A DNA stretch of 64,000 bases from a virus (IMGVR_UViG_3300044730_002015:105525-169524), one strand, 5' to 3'; numbered from the stretch's first letter, positions 37,603 to 47,290 are shown. Program-made: numbers and translations. The notes: generated by a model not told the origin, from the letters alone.

Positions 37603-37916
37603 AACTGTTAGATAAAATCATAGATCGTAGTCCAGAAGAAAAACAAACCTTTATCTATACCGATGAACAGCTCATGGCCAGACTGCGTTTCTTTATAGGC
37701 ATCTGTCTAGCATTGACCTTGACTGGTATCGTGTTTGTGGTACTGTACTCGATTATATTTGTCACTCAACCGCTGAATGCTATCAGCCCTATAGATCAAA
37801 AGTTCTTTGAACTTATCATACCAATCGCAACTTTCTTGACTGGTACATTGTCAGGCATCATGTTGGCCGGCAATGACAAAAAGCCCAAGCCCGAAGAATC
37901 CAAATCCCAAGATTAA
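37599..37916 (+). CDS. Two-TM membrane protein
   Basis: Two hydrophobic helices. Confidence 0.75.
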   Translation: MKLLDKIIDRSPEEKQTFIYTDEQLMARLRFFIGICLALTLTGIVFVVLYSIIFVTQPLNAISPIDQKFFELIIPIATFLTGTLSGIMLAGNDKKPKPEESKSQD

Positions 37917-38197
37917 TATTTTTTGCCGTGGCTACGGAAAATAAGATGATTGCCTGCGCCTAGCACACAGGCTCGATCAGTGTAGACCACTACCACCGTA
38001 AATGATTCGTTGGTTGGATTACTGTAAATGGCCAAGGTGGCTTTGTCTTGTACACTACGGCCCAGCACCACTGGTTCTTCCTCGTACTCTTTCCTTAGAG
38101 TGCGATCCAATGTTTCAAATGTACTGCAATAGAATTCGGCTTTCAAGGGTTTAATTTCTGCCTGGGCCATGAGCGTGACAAATAGTAAATCAATCAT
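37913..38197 (-). CDS. Hypothetical exported protein
   Basis: C...Y.E...N....FT......ACVL. Confidence 0.65.
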   Translation of the reverse strand: MIDLLFVTLMAQAEIKPLKAEFYCSTFETLDRTLRKEYEEEPVVLGRSVQDKATLAIYSNPTNESFTVVVVYTDRACVLGAGNHLIFRSHGKKY

Positions 38198-39423
38198 GTT
38201 TTGTCCTTAGAATTTTGTCCACCGCATATCCACACACAAAGATAGCATCTTAGATGATGGCGATATCGCTGATATAAAATGAATAGCACAGGCGTGAGAG
38301 ATATCACTGTGGGCCATACAGGATCAAACAGCACATTGATGTTGGACAAGGCCACAAAAGGCACGCCAGCAGTGATGCATAAAATCAGCACAAGTTTCAC
38401 TACATTTATTACATCTTGCGATCTTTGCCAGAAATACCATAGGGCCAAAAACGCACATATAGATATGATGGTTTCTAACATGACCACAAATGCAGAACGC
38501 AAGGGTGGCGGACCGTCCAGGATGGTCTGTAGAGCGTGTGCCTGTATCACGTGGGAGTACATCAGTCCATTGGGAGTTGACAGTTGACTATTAACTCCTG
38601 ATAGACTGGTACCCACTATCACTATTTTGTTTTTTACAGCTTTGAATCGATCCTGCCCTAGTTTAAGAGTTTTGAACTCGTGATCGTAGTTGATGTAAAA
38701 TTTGCCTGAACTGTCAGTGGCGATATTAAGAAACTGTCCTATACCAATACGCACACCTTTTCCGGTGTGTTTGAAATCATAATTGGACTCGTGTACTGTG
38801 TATCTCAGCGCTTCTATGATGGGACTGGCGTGTAGCACACCGTTGACTGGCACCACTAATGGATATTTGTTGTACAAATCAGATGCTGTGGAAAAGTCTG
38901 TGGTACCCACACCCGATGCAGATTGTATCAACTTTGGCAGCGGAGATACTGTGCCACTGTATTGATGCATTTGATCTAGATTTTTTTGATCCAACCCTTG
39001 GAATTTTTTCGGAGTATATGAACTACCCGTTGAGTCCATGGTGGCCTGCTGTACCAGGATCACGCCTTTGGAGGCCAGTGCTTTGGCCAACTCCTCATCG
39101 CCACGAGCACGATCTGGATCTTCTAGGGGTATGTCCAAGATAATGGCACCGGCGCCTTCGGTTCTCAATCGATTGACAACGGCAGCAACATCACGGCGAT
39201 CAAATGGCCAGCGACCGTATTTGGCTTGGCTGGATTGATCTATGTCTACTATCACAATATCATCGCTGATTCTAGAATGGCTGCTGCTGGTAACCCAGGC
39301 CAGGCCTTGTTTTCCTATGCCAAATAAATCCATGGCCTGTAGTATCACCAAAACGGTCAACACCAGGCCTGGCACCAAGATGCTGCGGAAAGATTGCATA
39401 TGAGATTTGATTTTTTCTATCAC
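38194..39423 (-). CDS. CHASE2 sensor-domain membrane protein without an output domain
   Basis: IVIVDID...GRWPFDR, KIVIVG, TPNG...IQAHALQTIL, three C-terminal TMs. Confidence 0.85.
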   Translation of the reverse strand: MIEKIKSHMQSFRSILVPGLVLTVLVILQAMDLFGIGKQGLAWVTSSSHSRISDDIVIVDIDQSSQAKYGRWPFDRRDVAAVVNRLRTEGAGAIILDIPLEDPDRARGDEELAKALASKGVILVQQATMDSTGSSYTPKKFQGLDQKNLDQMHQYSGTVSPLPKLIQSASGVGTTDFSTASDLYNKYPLVVPVNGVLHASPIIEALRYTVHESNYDFKHTGKGVRIGIGQFLNIATDSSGKFYINYDHEFKTLKLGQDRFKAVKNKIVIVGTSLSGVNSQLSTPNGLMYSHVIQAHALQTILDGPPPLRSAFVVMLETIISICAFLALWYFWQRSQDVINVVKLVLILCITAGVPFVALSNINVLFDPVWPTVISLTPVLFILYQRYRHHLRCYLCVWICGGQNSKDKT

Positions 39424-39712
39424 GGTAGATATTGATTTTATACTCTACTGCGAATTACTGCTAGTAGTTAGGTTAAGTTGACAGGGATTTTGAACATTGG
39501 CATTGCTGCCTTGATTGATCTGTAGTCTATCAAGTTCTGCAATCACACCTACATATAACAACAGATCTTTATTCATGATATCACATAGAAAAATGTCGTT
39601 GATTTGCATCAACGACATAGTTTCCACGGCTTGCCTCCGCTGGGGTCTACAAATATTTACGGCGCAATCATACAAAATAAACTGAGCATACAAAGAAAAC
39701 ATAAATTATTGC

Positions 39713-40498
39713 ATGGCCTTTGCATTTGATCTTATTTCGGATCTGCACGTTCTTCCAGAAGATGACTTCTCCTGGGAAGGTCAAGCCACCAGCCTGATTG
39801 CCATAGTGGCCGGAGATGTCAGCAAAGATCGGGCCACTACTGTTGCTGTGCTTAAAGAAATAGCATCCAAGTACCGACAAGTTTTTTATCTGGATGGCAA
39901 CACCGAACACAGGTACTTCTTAGATGATATCCCGGCCAGCATAGAAGATCTTGAAAACGAACTCAATGTCATTGAAAATTTGGTTTATCTAAACAACAAG
40001 GTAGTGATCAGCAATGGCATCGCTATACTTGGTACCAATGGTTGGTGGGATTACGAATTTGACCAGACCGACGACATTGAGCAAAGTTTCAATTTCGTCA
40101 CAGACACTTACAAGATCACCAGAGATGCGGCCTATAAACTCTTGAGCCTGGCATATCAAGATGCTGCTTATCTCACACGCAGTATTGAAAAACTACAAAG
40201 GCACAGAGATGTCAGTCGTATCATTGTAGTAACGCACACCTTGCCTCGAGCCAGTTTGGTTCAACACGACCCAACCCTGCAAGGAACTTACAAAATGGGC
40301 CTAATGGGCAATGCTGGTATGCAGGCTGTGCTGGATGCAGATACCGAAAAGAAAATCACACATTGGTTATTTGGACACTACCACGGACGTGTGGATCAGG
40401 CCATTGACGGTGTAAGATATATCAACAATCCGCGTGGTAGGGTTTCAGATGTACTGCATGATCCTTATCATCCACTAAGGATCAGTATACAGATTTAA
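39713..40498 (+). CDS. Metallophosphoesterase (divergent)
   Basis: SDLH, AGD, GNTEH, THT, FGHYH, NPRG. Confidence 0.85.
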   Translation: MAFAFDLISDLHVLPEDDFSWEGQATSLIAIVAGDVSKDRATTVAVLKEIASKYRQVFYLDGNTEHRYFLDDIPASIEDLENELNVIENLVYLNNKVVISNGIAILGTNGWWDYEFDQTDDIEQSFNFVTDTYKITRDAAYKLLSLAYQDAAYLTRSIEKLQRHRDVSRIIVVTHTLPRASLVQHDPTLQGTYKMGLMGNAGMQAVLDADTEKKITHWLFGHYHGRVDQAIDGVRYINNPRGRVSDVLHDPYHPLRISIQI

Positions 40499-40803
40499 CT
40501 TTCGTCGGGCTCTAGCCGTACCTGCAAGGGATAACCATTGGTACGAGCATTGAGCGTGACTTCTATGCCTTTTTGTTCTGCGATTTCATAGGGCAGCACC
40601 GCAACAGTGGCCGCGCCCTGCGTATGGATATCCACTGTGATCTTTTCGGCTGTTTCGTAACTGTAACGGAAATGCTCTATCAGGCTTTGGATCACAAATT
40701 CCAGCGTGGTTTGATTGTCGTTGATGTATATGACCTTGAACATAGGTGGTTCTTTAAGGTCTAGATTCTTTTTGATTTCTGTTTTAACGTCAGCCAATCC
40801 CAT
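40495..40803 (-). CDS. clpS: ATP-dependent Clp protease adaptor ClpS
   Basis: PPMFKVIYINDNQTTLEFV...IHTQG...YEIAEQK...YPL. Confidence 0.93.
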   Translation of the reverse strand: MGLADVKTEIKKNLDLKEPPMFKVIYINDNQTTLEFVIQSLIEHFRYSYETAEKITVDIHTQGAATVAVLPYEIAEQKGIEVTLNARTNGYPLQVRLEPDES

Positions 40804-40820
40804 GATGATCCTTTAAGTTA

Positions 40821-40848
40821 AAGTAAGCAGAGTTGCCTCTGCTTACTT
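40821..40848 (-). terminator. 12-bp hairpin with GCAA loop (terminator or processing site)
   Basis: AAGTAAGCAGAG-TTGC-CTCTGCTTACTT. Confidence 0.65.
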
Positions 40849-40872
40849 GTATTTACACCAAAGTTTATTATA

Positions 40873-41316
40873 TTAGCCTTTGTAGGTAATCGCAATAGCC
40901 TTTGGCTTTTTCTCTTCGGGAACACGGCGTTTGAGTTCAATGCTGAGTATTCCATTCTCCTGTTCGGCATTGACCACTTCCACGTGTTCGGCCAAGGTCC
41001 ACTGGCGTACAAAACTACGGGCACTGATGCCTCTATGCATGAATTCTACCTGTGCATCGTCTTTGGTTTGATCACCGTGTACTTTGAGCTGATTACCTTC
41101 AACCTCCACATTGATTTCGCCGGGTTTGAAACCTGCCACAGCGATTTCAATCACGAACTCGTCATCTGTGCGACGGATCATGTTGTAGGGAGGATAATTC
41201 TGCTGCACCTGATTGGCAGTAAGATTGATAAAGTTGTCAAACATGTCATCAAATCCCACACCAAAGCGGCGTATAAGAGGTAAATCGATGGTTCGTAAAG
41301 ATAGTTGATTTGTCAT
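40873..41316 (-). CDS. ibpA: Small heat-shock protein Hsp20 (IbpA-like)
   Basis: GFD, YPPYN, IAVAGF, HRGISARSF, NGILSIEL. Confidence 0.93.
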   Translation of the reverse strand: MTNQLSLRTIDLPLIRRFGVGFDDMFDNFINLTANQVQQNYPPYNMIRRTDDEFVIEIAVAGFKPGEINVEVEGNQLKVHGDQTKDDAQVEFMHRGISARSFVRQWTLAEHVEVVNAEQENGILSIELKRRVPEEKKPKAIAITYKG

Positions 41317-41391
41317 AGCATTCTCCTTTCATTAAGCAAGATATGACTTTTGAAACCGTAGACCCCATTTGGGCATCTACACTATTATTTA
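41317..41391 (-). promoter_or_regulatory. Late promoter plus ROSE-like RNA thermometer leader
   Basis: TAAATA; GUAGAU-G-CCC-AAAU-GGG-GUCUAC hairpin; UCUUGCUU-AAUG-AAAGGAGA. Confidence 0.65.
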
Positions 41392-41431
41392 TTATACGGA
41401 TTTTGAATTATCTGTAAAGATTATTTGGCAA

Positions 41432-41659
41432 TCAATACAGTTGTTTGGGAAGTTGTTGACTGGACAGTTGTTTTTTCCAACGACGCACGGCCTGTTTTTT
41501 CTTTTGTTTGCGTATGACATTGGGTTTGGTATATTCCGCGCGGTCGCGAAGTTCCAGCAGTAGTCCGGATTCTTGGATTTTCTTTTTAAATTTACGCAGG
41601 GCCTTTTCCACATTGCCGTCGGGCACTATCACACTGCGTCCATACAATTTAGCACTCAA
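41432..41659 (-). CDS. rpsU: 30S ribosomal protein bS21
   Basis: GNVEKALRKFKKK...ELRDRAEYTKP...A.RRW. Confidence 0.9.
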   Translation of the reverse strand: MSAKLYGRSVIVPDGNVEKALRKFKKKIQESGLLLELRDRAEYTKPNVIRKQKKKQAVRRWKKQLSSQQLPKQLY

Positions 41660-42860
41660 GTTTAAATTCTCCCAGGGGTTTGGGATCCACCACTAGATCC
41701 CGTGTGATATTTAGTGATTTAATGTTCTGTTTATGATATTGTCTAGCATAAAACATATGAGGTTGTAGGATACGCTCCATTTCAGCGTGCAGGCCCCTGG
41801 CTCCCGTTTTGAGTTTCAATGTGCGTTCGGCTATTTCATCAAGTGCTGTATCTTCAAAATTCAATTCAATTTTGTCAAGATCAAAAAGAAACTTGTACTG
41901 ACCTGTGTAACTATTTTTAATTTCGGTCAGGACATAAATCAACTGCTGTTTGCTTAATTCTTGGGTAGCACAGTAACTGACAAAACGTCCAATAAATTCT
42001 GGGATCAGTCCAAATTTAATTAGATCATCGGGAATACATTGGTTCAGCAAATCCGCATTGGCCTGTGTGCGAACTCGTCCCTGGAATCCAATGGTGCTTT
42101 CACTCACACGGCTTTGGATGATCTTGTCCAAGCCTACAAAAGCACCGCCTGCTATGAACAGGATGTTGCTGGTATCTACTTCAATCATTTCGGCTTGTGG
42201 ATGTTTACGATTTCCTTGCCCGGGCACACGACATTTGGTACCTTCTACCAACTTCAGCAAGGCCTGCTGTACACCTTCGCCCGAAACATCTCGACTGATA
42301 CTGGCGCTTTCGCTTTTTCTAGAAATCTTATCAATTTCATCGATAAACACTATACCGCGCTCGGCACGAGCCACATCTCCCTTGGATTGCTGTAGTAATC
42401 TACTAATCATGGTTTCCACATCATCGCCTACATAGCCTGCTTCGGTGAGACTGGTGGCATCAGCGATGACAAAAGGTACATCTAGGTATTTGGCGATAGT
42501 TTTAGCCAATAGTGTTTTACCAGATCCTGTGGGACCAAGGACCAGCACATTAGACTTTTCAACTTCGATGCTTTTGACATGATTGTCGATTCGTTTGTAA
42601 TGATTGGTCACTGCTACACTGATAGAGATTTTGGCCTGCTCTTGTCCAATTACATATTGATCAAGATACTGTTTGATAGCAGTGGGGTCTAGTTCTATAG
42701 ATTTTACTTCTTTATCTTCAAGTTTTTCTTCTTTGAGAAGATCATCACAAAAAGACACACACTCGTTACATATACCAACATCTGTACCGACTATGAGTTT
42801 TTTTACTTGATCTTTGTGCTTGCCACAGAAACTACAGTTATCGAAGGTTTTATTGGTCAT
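41649..42860 (-). CDS. clpX: ATP-dependent Clp protease ATPase ClpX
   Basis: CSFCGK zinc finger, GPTGSGKT, DEIDK, RDVSGEGVQQALLK, RKH, IGF loop. Confidence 0.97.
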   Translation of the reverse strand: MTNKTFDNCSFCGKHKDQVKKLIVGTDVGICNECVSFCDDLLKEEKLEDKEVKSIELDPTAIKQYLDQYVIGQEQAKISISVAVTNHYKRIDNHVKSIEVEKSNVLVLGPTGSGKTLLAKTIAKYLDVPFVIADATSLTEAGYVGDDVETMISRLLQQSKGDVARAERGIVFIDEIDKISRKSESASISRDVSGEGVQQALLKLVEGTKCRVPGQGNRKHPQAEMIEVDTSNILFIAGGAFVGLDKIIQSRVSESTIGFQGRVRTQANADLLNQCIPDDLIKFGLIPEFIGRFVSYCATQELSKQQLIYVLTEIKNSYTGQYKFLFDLDKIELNFEDTALDEIAERTLKLKTGARGLHAEMERILQPHMFYARQYHKQNIKSLNITRDLVVDPKPLGEFKLEC

Positions 42861-44453
42861 TTATTTTTTCAAGGTTATATCACGGGCCAAGATATTTTGC
42901 AATTGAGCACGCTCGCTGTCGCTTAGTAGTTCAGGATCATATTCACCGCTGGCAATTTTCTCGATTAGGTATTCTATGTAATTCTTATCGTAACTATATG
43001 TATCTGTGGTATTTTTGTCAATCTCTATCCATTGGTTACCATTGTATTTGAACAATTTAGTAGGCAAATAATCTACACGTAAAAACTGATCACCTTTTTC
43101 TGCAAACTTTGGCCACTCGACCCCAAATCTCACATTGGCCGGATCATCATTGGTATCTTCTTTAATTTTGATCTTTGAATTCCACAATTCTGGATGCATA
43201 GACATCAATGCTTCACGACGCCAAAGTTTGCCTTGATAATCTATGTACTCGGCATCTAAATCAATGTCGTTATTTCTGCTAGATTGAGACTGCATAAATT
43301 TCTGGATCACAGTAGGAACAGATTCTTGAGTGTCCTCATCTTGGGTTATATCGTCAATGACTGGCGATTCATCAACTTTGGTTGGATCTAGGACTTGGGC
43401 GGGCAGAGGTTGGGGTATTGAAGAGTCCGGAACCATTGGCTGATCATTTGGTTGTACAGGTTCAATGGGTCCAAGGGCAGCAGGTTCTGCGGTGGCAGGC
43501 TCTGCAGTCTGCGGTACTGATTGAGGTACAGGTTCTTTGCGTTTGAAACGGGATTGAACACGCTGAACCAATCCTCTACCACTCTGGGCCATACCATCAA
43601 TAAAATCAATAAGTTTGCGTTCATATCCTTGTTCCTTGTGGTTGTTTTCTGGATCAGGCTGAGGTATAGGTTCATTTCGTAAACGTGCAACCAGGCCCGA
43701 GCGATGCCACTGCATTGATTCTGTGGCAGCCAACACCATCATGATGGCCAAGGGATCAAACACAGCCACTATGATGATAATGACCCAACGCACGGCCTTT
43801 TCCAAAAGATTGGCATCGGGGTTGTCGCCGTAGATCAGTGCGGCAATATACTTGATTGGACCAACTTCGGCTTCAACTTTGCGCACTTCTGATGCTATGG
43901 GTGCGCGGACTTCATTTAGTTTGGCGATCTCAGCCTGTGCCCTGCCGATGTCTGCTTGCAGTGTGCCACGCTCTCTGGCTTGATTGCGTCTCAAGGCCGC
44001 AGCCTTGTCTGCGCCTTTTTCGTCCGATGAACGAGCCATGGTCTGATCCACGGCTTCGTCCATTTGCTGCAGGGCCTTGCGAGCGGCTGCAATATTGTCA
44101 CGCTGTGTTTTGATCTTTTCATCTACCAGACTGAGTTTGGCCTGCACATCTCCCGAGGGTATGGCCTGATCAAGGTGTGCTTTGCTGAGAAAGCCAAAGA
44201 TACCCATGCTGGTCAACAGCATGAGGAAGAACACAGCAGGCACCAAGTAGGCCTTCATTATGGGGCGGCACAGGCGCCAGTATTGGTGCAACCATACAGT
44301 GATGGCTACTTTGGCTACCTCCAGCGCTCCACCCATGATAATGATTGGAATCACAGCTGCGGCAAAGATAGCAGTGAGACCTATGATGCTGTACCAGGCT
44401 GCTATAACACTGAGACTGAGTGCTATGAATAATATTAGATAACTTAAGAACAT
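42861..44453 (-). CDS. Multi-TM coiled-coil membrane protein
   Basis: GFLSKAH, EAEVGPIKYIA, VFDPLA; Pro-rich linker. Confidence 0.8.
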   Translation of the reverse strand: MFLSYLILFIALSLSVIAAWYSIIGLTAIFAAAVIPIIIMGGALEVAKVAITVWLHQYWRLCRPIMKAYLVPAVFFLMLLTSMGIFGFLSKAHLDQAIPSGDVQAKLSLVDEKIKTQRDNIAAARKALQQMDEAVDQTMARSSDEKGADKAAALRRNQARERGTLQADIGRAQAEIAKLNEVRAPIASEVRKVEAEVGPIKYIAALIYGDNPDANLLEKAVRWVIIIIVAVFDPLAIMMVLAATESMQWHRSGLVARLRNEPIPQPDPENNHKEQGYERKLIDFIDGMAQSGRGLVQRVQSRFKRKEPVPQSVPQTAEPATAEPAALGPIEPVQPNDQPMVPDSSIPQPLPAQVLDPTKVDESPVIDDITQDEDTQESVPTVIQKFMQSQSSRNNDIDLDAEYIDYQGKLWRREALMSMHPELWNSKIKIKEDTNDDPANVRFGVEWPKFAEKGDQFLRVDYLPTKLFKYNGNQWIEIDKNTTDTYSYDKNYIEYLIEKIASGEYDPELLSDSERAQLQNILARDITLKK

Positions 44454-44461
44454 AAGAATAT

Positions 44462-44842
44462 TTAGCGGTTCACAAACTTGTGATTCAAACCATGTTTCAG
44501 CACGATTTTGAACACCCAGGGCAAACTGGGCACATCAAACCACACAGGCACAGCATCCAAACGATGGAATATCTTGTGGTTATTGTGCCGGAAAACAGTG
44601 TTGATATGGTGTGTCATGCGTTTCATACGGCTGAGTTTTAATTTCCTTAACACACGCTTTTGACTGCCAAATCCCTGCCTACCAAATTCTCTGGCGGCAT
44701 CGTGCAAGATATCATACCATTGTGCTGTGCTGGTGATTTCAAAAACAACACGGTGCATAACTCCGAGACCCGTTGATTCTAAGGAGGACAATTCTTCATT
44801 ACATAATGATTTAGCATTAGCGGTAAGATGACTGTCAGACAT
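44462..44842 (-). CDS. Phage hypothetical protein
   Basis: MHRVVFEI...VWFDVP; start uncertain. Confidence 0.6.
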   Translation of the reverse strand: MSDSHLTANAKSLCNEELSSLESTGLGVMHRVVFEITSTAQWYDILHDAAREFGRQGFGSQKRVLRKLKLSRMKRMTHHINTVFRHNNHKIFHRLDAVPVWFDVPSLPWVFKIVLKHGLNHKFVNR

Positions 44843-45050
44843 AGATCCTTTCACTGATCCTCTTTTTAGGGCGTAACTTTGCTTCACAGGGAAACAATTT
44901 CGACATCTGCTGGCGGGAAATCGCAGATACCAAAGCAGTGCTCCAACCTCGTGGACTTACAGATCTTCGCCGCGGAACTCAAACGATACGGGTGTTATAC
45001 CGCATCTCGCTCCATAATCCAGCCACTGATCCCGGGTATGCTTGATAATA

Positions 45051-45326
45051 CTAACTGTTTTTCCACTCGCTGTCAATGTCTTCTGGTGGAATGATCTCAC
45101 CGCCAAATCTCAATCTAAACAACATGGCCTGTGAAGGATCATCGATGTGTAGTATCAAACAGTTCATCAACATCGAAGTTGTTTCTATGGTCCACCCGCG
45201 GCCAGTGACCTGTGCAGATCGCCAGGCCAATCTTGGTCCTAGATTTTCTTGCAGCCATTGATAGACCTGTAGAAAACTGACCTTATCCTCGGCGTTCTGA
45301 TCAGTCAACTTGATGGTGGTGTGCAT
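45051..45326 (-). CDS. Hypothetical protein, F-x-L-R-W/F paralog family
   Basis: WLQENLG...AMLFRLRFG. Confidence 0.7.
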   Translation of the reverse strand: MHTTIKLTDQNAEDKVSFLQVYQWLQENLGPRLAWRSAQVTGRGWTIETTSMLMNCLILHIDDPSQAMLFRLRFGGEIIPPEDIDSEWKNS

Positions 45327-45580
45327 TCGGGGAATCTCATGATCAGCACAGTGACAAACTTATCCAATTCTTTCCTGCTGTGAAAATACCACTGGTCAAA
45401 GGCCATGCGGCGTATTTCGGGTTGATTCTCTGTATTGGCCACCGCCCACTCAATCACTTCCATCCAATCGTAGCCGCGCTCTTCCCTGCCGTAGTCGCGA
45501 TCAACATAGGCCAGTTCGTCCACGATCTGCAGACAATGCCAGCGGCCTTGGCGACTGTAACAGCACACAATGTCGCTCAC
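45305..45580 (-). CDS. Hypothetical protein, same paralog family
   Basis: EWAVAN...WYF...FVTVLIMRFP. Confidence 0.7.
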   Translation of the reverse strand: MSDIVCCYSRQGRWHCLQIVDELAYVDRDYGREERGYDWMEVIEWAVANTENQPEIRRMAFDQWYFHSRKELDKFVTVLIMRFPECTPPSS

Positions 45581-45774
45581 TGTTGTATCCGCCCGCCCCA
45601 GCGCAGGATATAGAGCATGGCGTCAAATTCATCGACGAAATAAATGGTCATGACATCAGCATCTGCATAGTAGTTCCATCTGCGACTGGGTCGGCCATAA
45701 GTTTCAAGCAGCCAACTGGACATTTTGTCCCAGTCACGGCTGGTTTCAAAATCAGGAGATATTACTGTGACCAT
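45577..45774 (-). CDS. Hypothetical protein, same paralog family
   Basis: WLLETYG...IYF...AMLYILRWG. Confidence 0.7.
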   Translation of the reverse strand: MVTVISPDFETSRDWDKMSSWLLETYGRPSRRWNYYADADVMTIYFVDEFDAMLYILRWGGRIQQ

Positions 45775-45944
45775 CTCAACTTGAACAGCGTGGCCTGTAT
45801 GGGATCTCGGAATTTGAAATACAGTCGGTCCGCGGGCCAGGCTGATTCTATTTCATAGTTTTCCACGCCCACATTGTCCTGGCACCATTCTACTGCCTCG
45901 ATCAAACGATCGTATCCTTGCAATTCTAGATTAACGGAAATCAT
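45762..45944 (-). CDS. Hypothetical protein, same paralog family
   Basis: EWCQDNVG...FKF...ATLFKLRWS. Confidence 0.7.
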   Translation of the reverse strand: MISVNLELQGYDRLIEAVEWCQDNVGVENYEIESAWPADRLYFKFRDPIQATLFKLRWSQ

Positions 45945-45945
45945 A

Positions 45946-47253
45946 CTAAATTTTCTCCCCGGGTTCAAAGCCACGGAATCGCAGGAATCTTGGAAAACGT
46001 AGACTGTATGTGCCATCTTGATTCTGTGTCACAGCGTCGGCGCGGATCTCTACCATGTTACCAATGACAGCAGTCCTATGATTCCATATGCTGTCGCGAA
46101 GGCTATCAGTAAAACCACTGCCAACATTAACACAAATTTCACGAGTATCGTCAGTGCCCTTACAGACCAAGGCACCAAGCCTGCCCTGATTTTTGCCTGT
46201 GCCAACTTCAACATCTTGAACCTCCAGGGTAACTTCAATAAAAGGCTTAGACTTCAGCCAAGCAGTGCTACGTTTACATTCATACACAGCATCGGGATCC
46301 TTGATCATGATGCCTTCGTAGCCGCCGGCTATGGCCTGCTGATTTATTTCACGGAAACGCCGTTGTCCCGCCGCACTGTCTAAATCCACTAACTCATGGC
46401 TCAAGACCTGAACATTGGGCAAGCGATCACGCACTGAGTGATGCCATCCTACCAAGGCTTGTGTGCGACTTTGTTGTGGGTCTTCTGACACACCTTTTTG
46501 GAACTCTTCCAGTGTTAGTCTATCAAACAAGTGCAACACTGAATCATCGGCCTGCACATCGCTTTTACGATGCACCTGCCGCATGAGATCCTGGAATGAA
46601 CTAGACATAACTTCACCGTCGTAGACCCAGGGTTCTGTGAGTGTGCCAGCGATGGATTCAAACTGCTGTCGTATGCGCTCGAAGTTGACGAACTCTTTGC
46701 CGTTGCGGCTGTATTGGTTAACACGGCCATCGGGGTGTACGATAGTGACCACACGCACTCCGTCTAGTTTGACCTCCACCATCTTTTCACCTGCGATCTT
46801 GCTTTCGTGGTTGGCACCATCGTGCGCCAACTGCACAGCAAACACAGGCACGATCTCTTGCTTGAACAATTGCTGTGCCACATCATTGATGGTCTTTTCT
46901 GACACACCACAGCGCAGATCCTTGATCAAGATACGTCTGTACCAACCATTCCACTGGGCCTCAGTGGCCTGGCGCATGGCATCAGCAATGGCATCACGGG
47001 CCGCATCACCAGTGAGTTCACGGGTGGCCAGTTTTCGAGCAAGTTCACAGAACTCTGCCCAACCCAGTCCCGATCCTGACTGTTTAGATTCTGCTACTTT
47101 TTTCACACCAAAGGTTATCATGGCATCGTAGGCCATACGTGCGCCTTGTGCAAACTCGCCATCCACACCTTGCTGGGTCAACACCTGCTCAACTATGGCC
47201 TGTTTGGCCAACCTACTGGCGTCTGATTCCAACTGCTCAATGATCGTGTTCAT
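45946..47253 (-). CDS. lig: ATP-dependent DNA ligase
   Basis: EVKLDGVR, YDGE, EGIMIK, KRSTAWLK, VGSGF, SLRFPRF. Confidence 0.95.
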   Translation of the reverse strand: MNTIIEQLESDASRLAKQAIVEQVLTQQGVDGEFAQGARMAYDAMITFGVKKVAESKQSGSGLGWAEFCELARKLATRELTGDAARDAIADAMRQATEAQWNGWYRRILIKDLRCGVSEKTINDVAQQLFKQEIVPVFAVQLAHDGANHESKIAGEKMVEVKLDGVRVVTIVHPDGRVNQYSRNGKEFVNFERIRQQFESIAGTLTEPWVYDGEVMSSSFQDLMRQVHRKSDVQADDSVLHLFDRLTLEEFQKGVSEDPQQSRTQALVGWHHSVRDRLPNVQVLSHELVDLDSAAGQRRFREINQQAIAGGYEGIMIKDPDAVYECKRSTAWLKSKPFIEVTLEVQDVEVGTGKNQGRLGALVCKGTDDTREICVNVGSGFTDSLRDSIWNHRTAVIGNMVEIRADAVTQNQDGTYSLRFPRFLRFRGFEPGEKI

Positions 47254-47290
47254 AGTGTATAGTGTATTGTCAAGAGTAATTATTGGGCAA

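Noticed and set aside
39445-39702. 85-aa ORF upstream of the CHASE2 gene
   Set aside because: No clear SD or family motif; may be a remnant, so not called.
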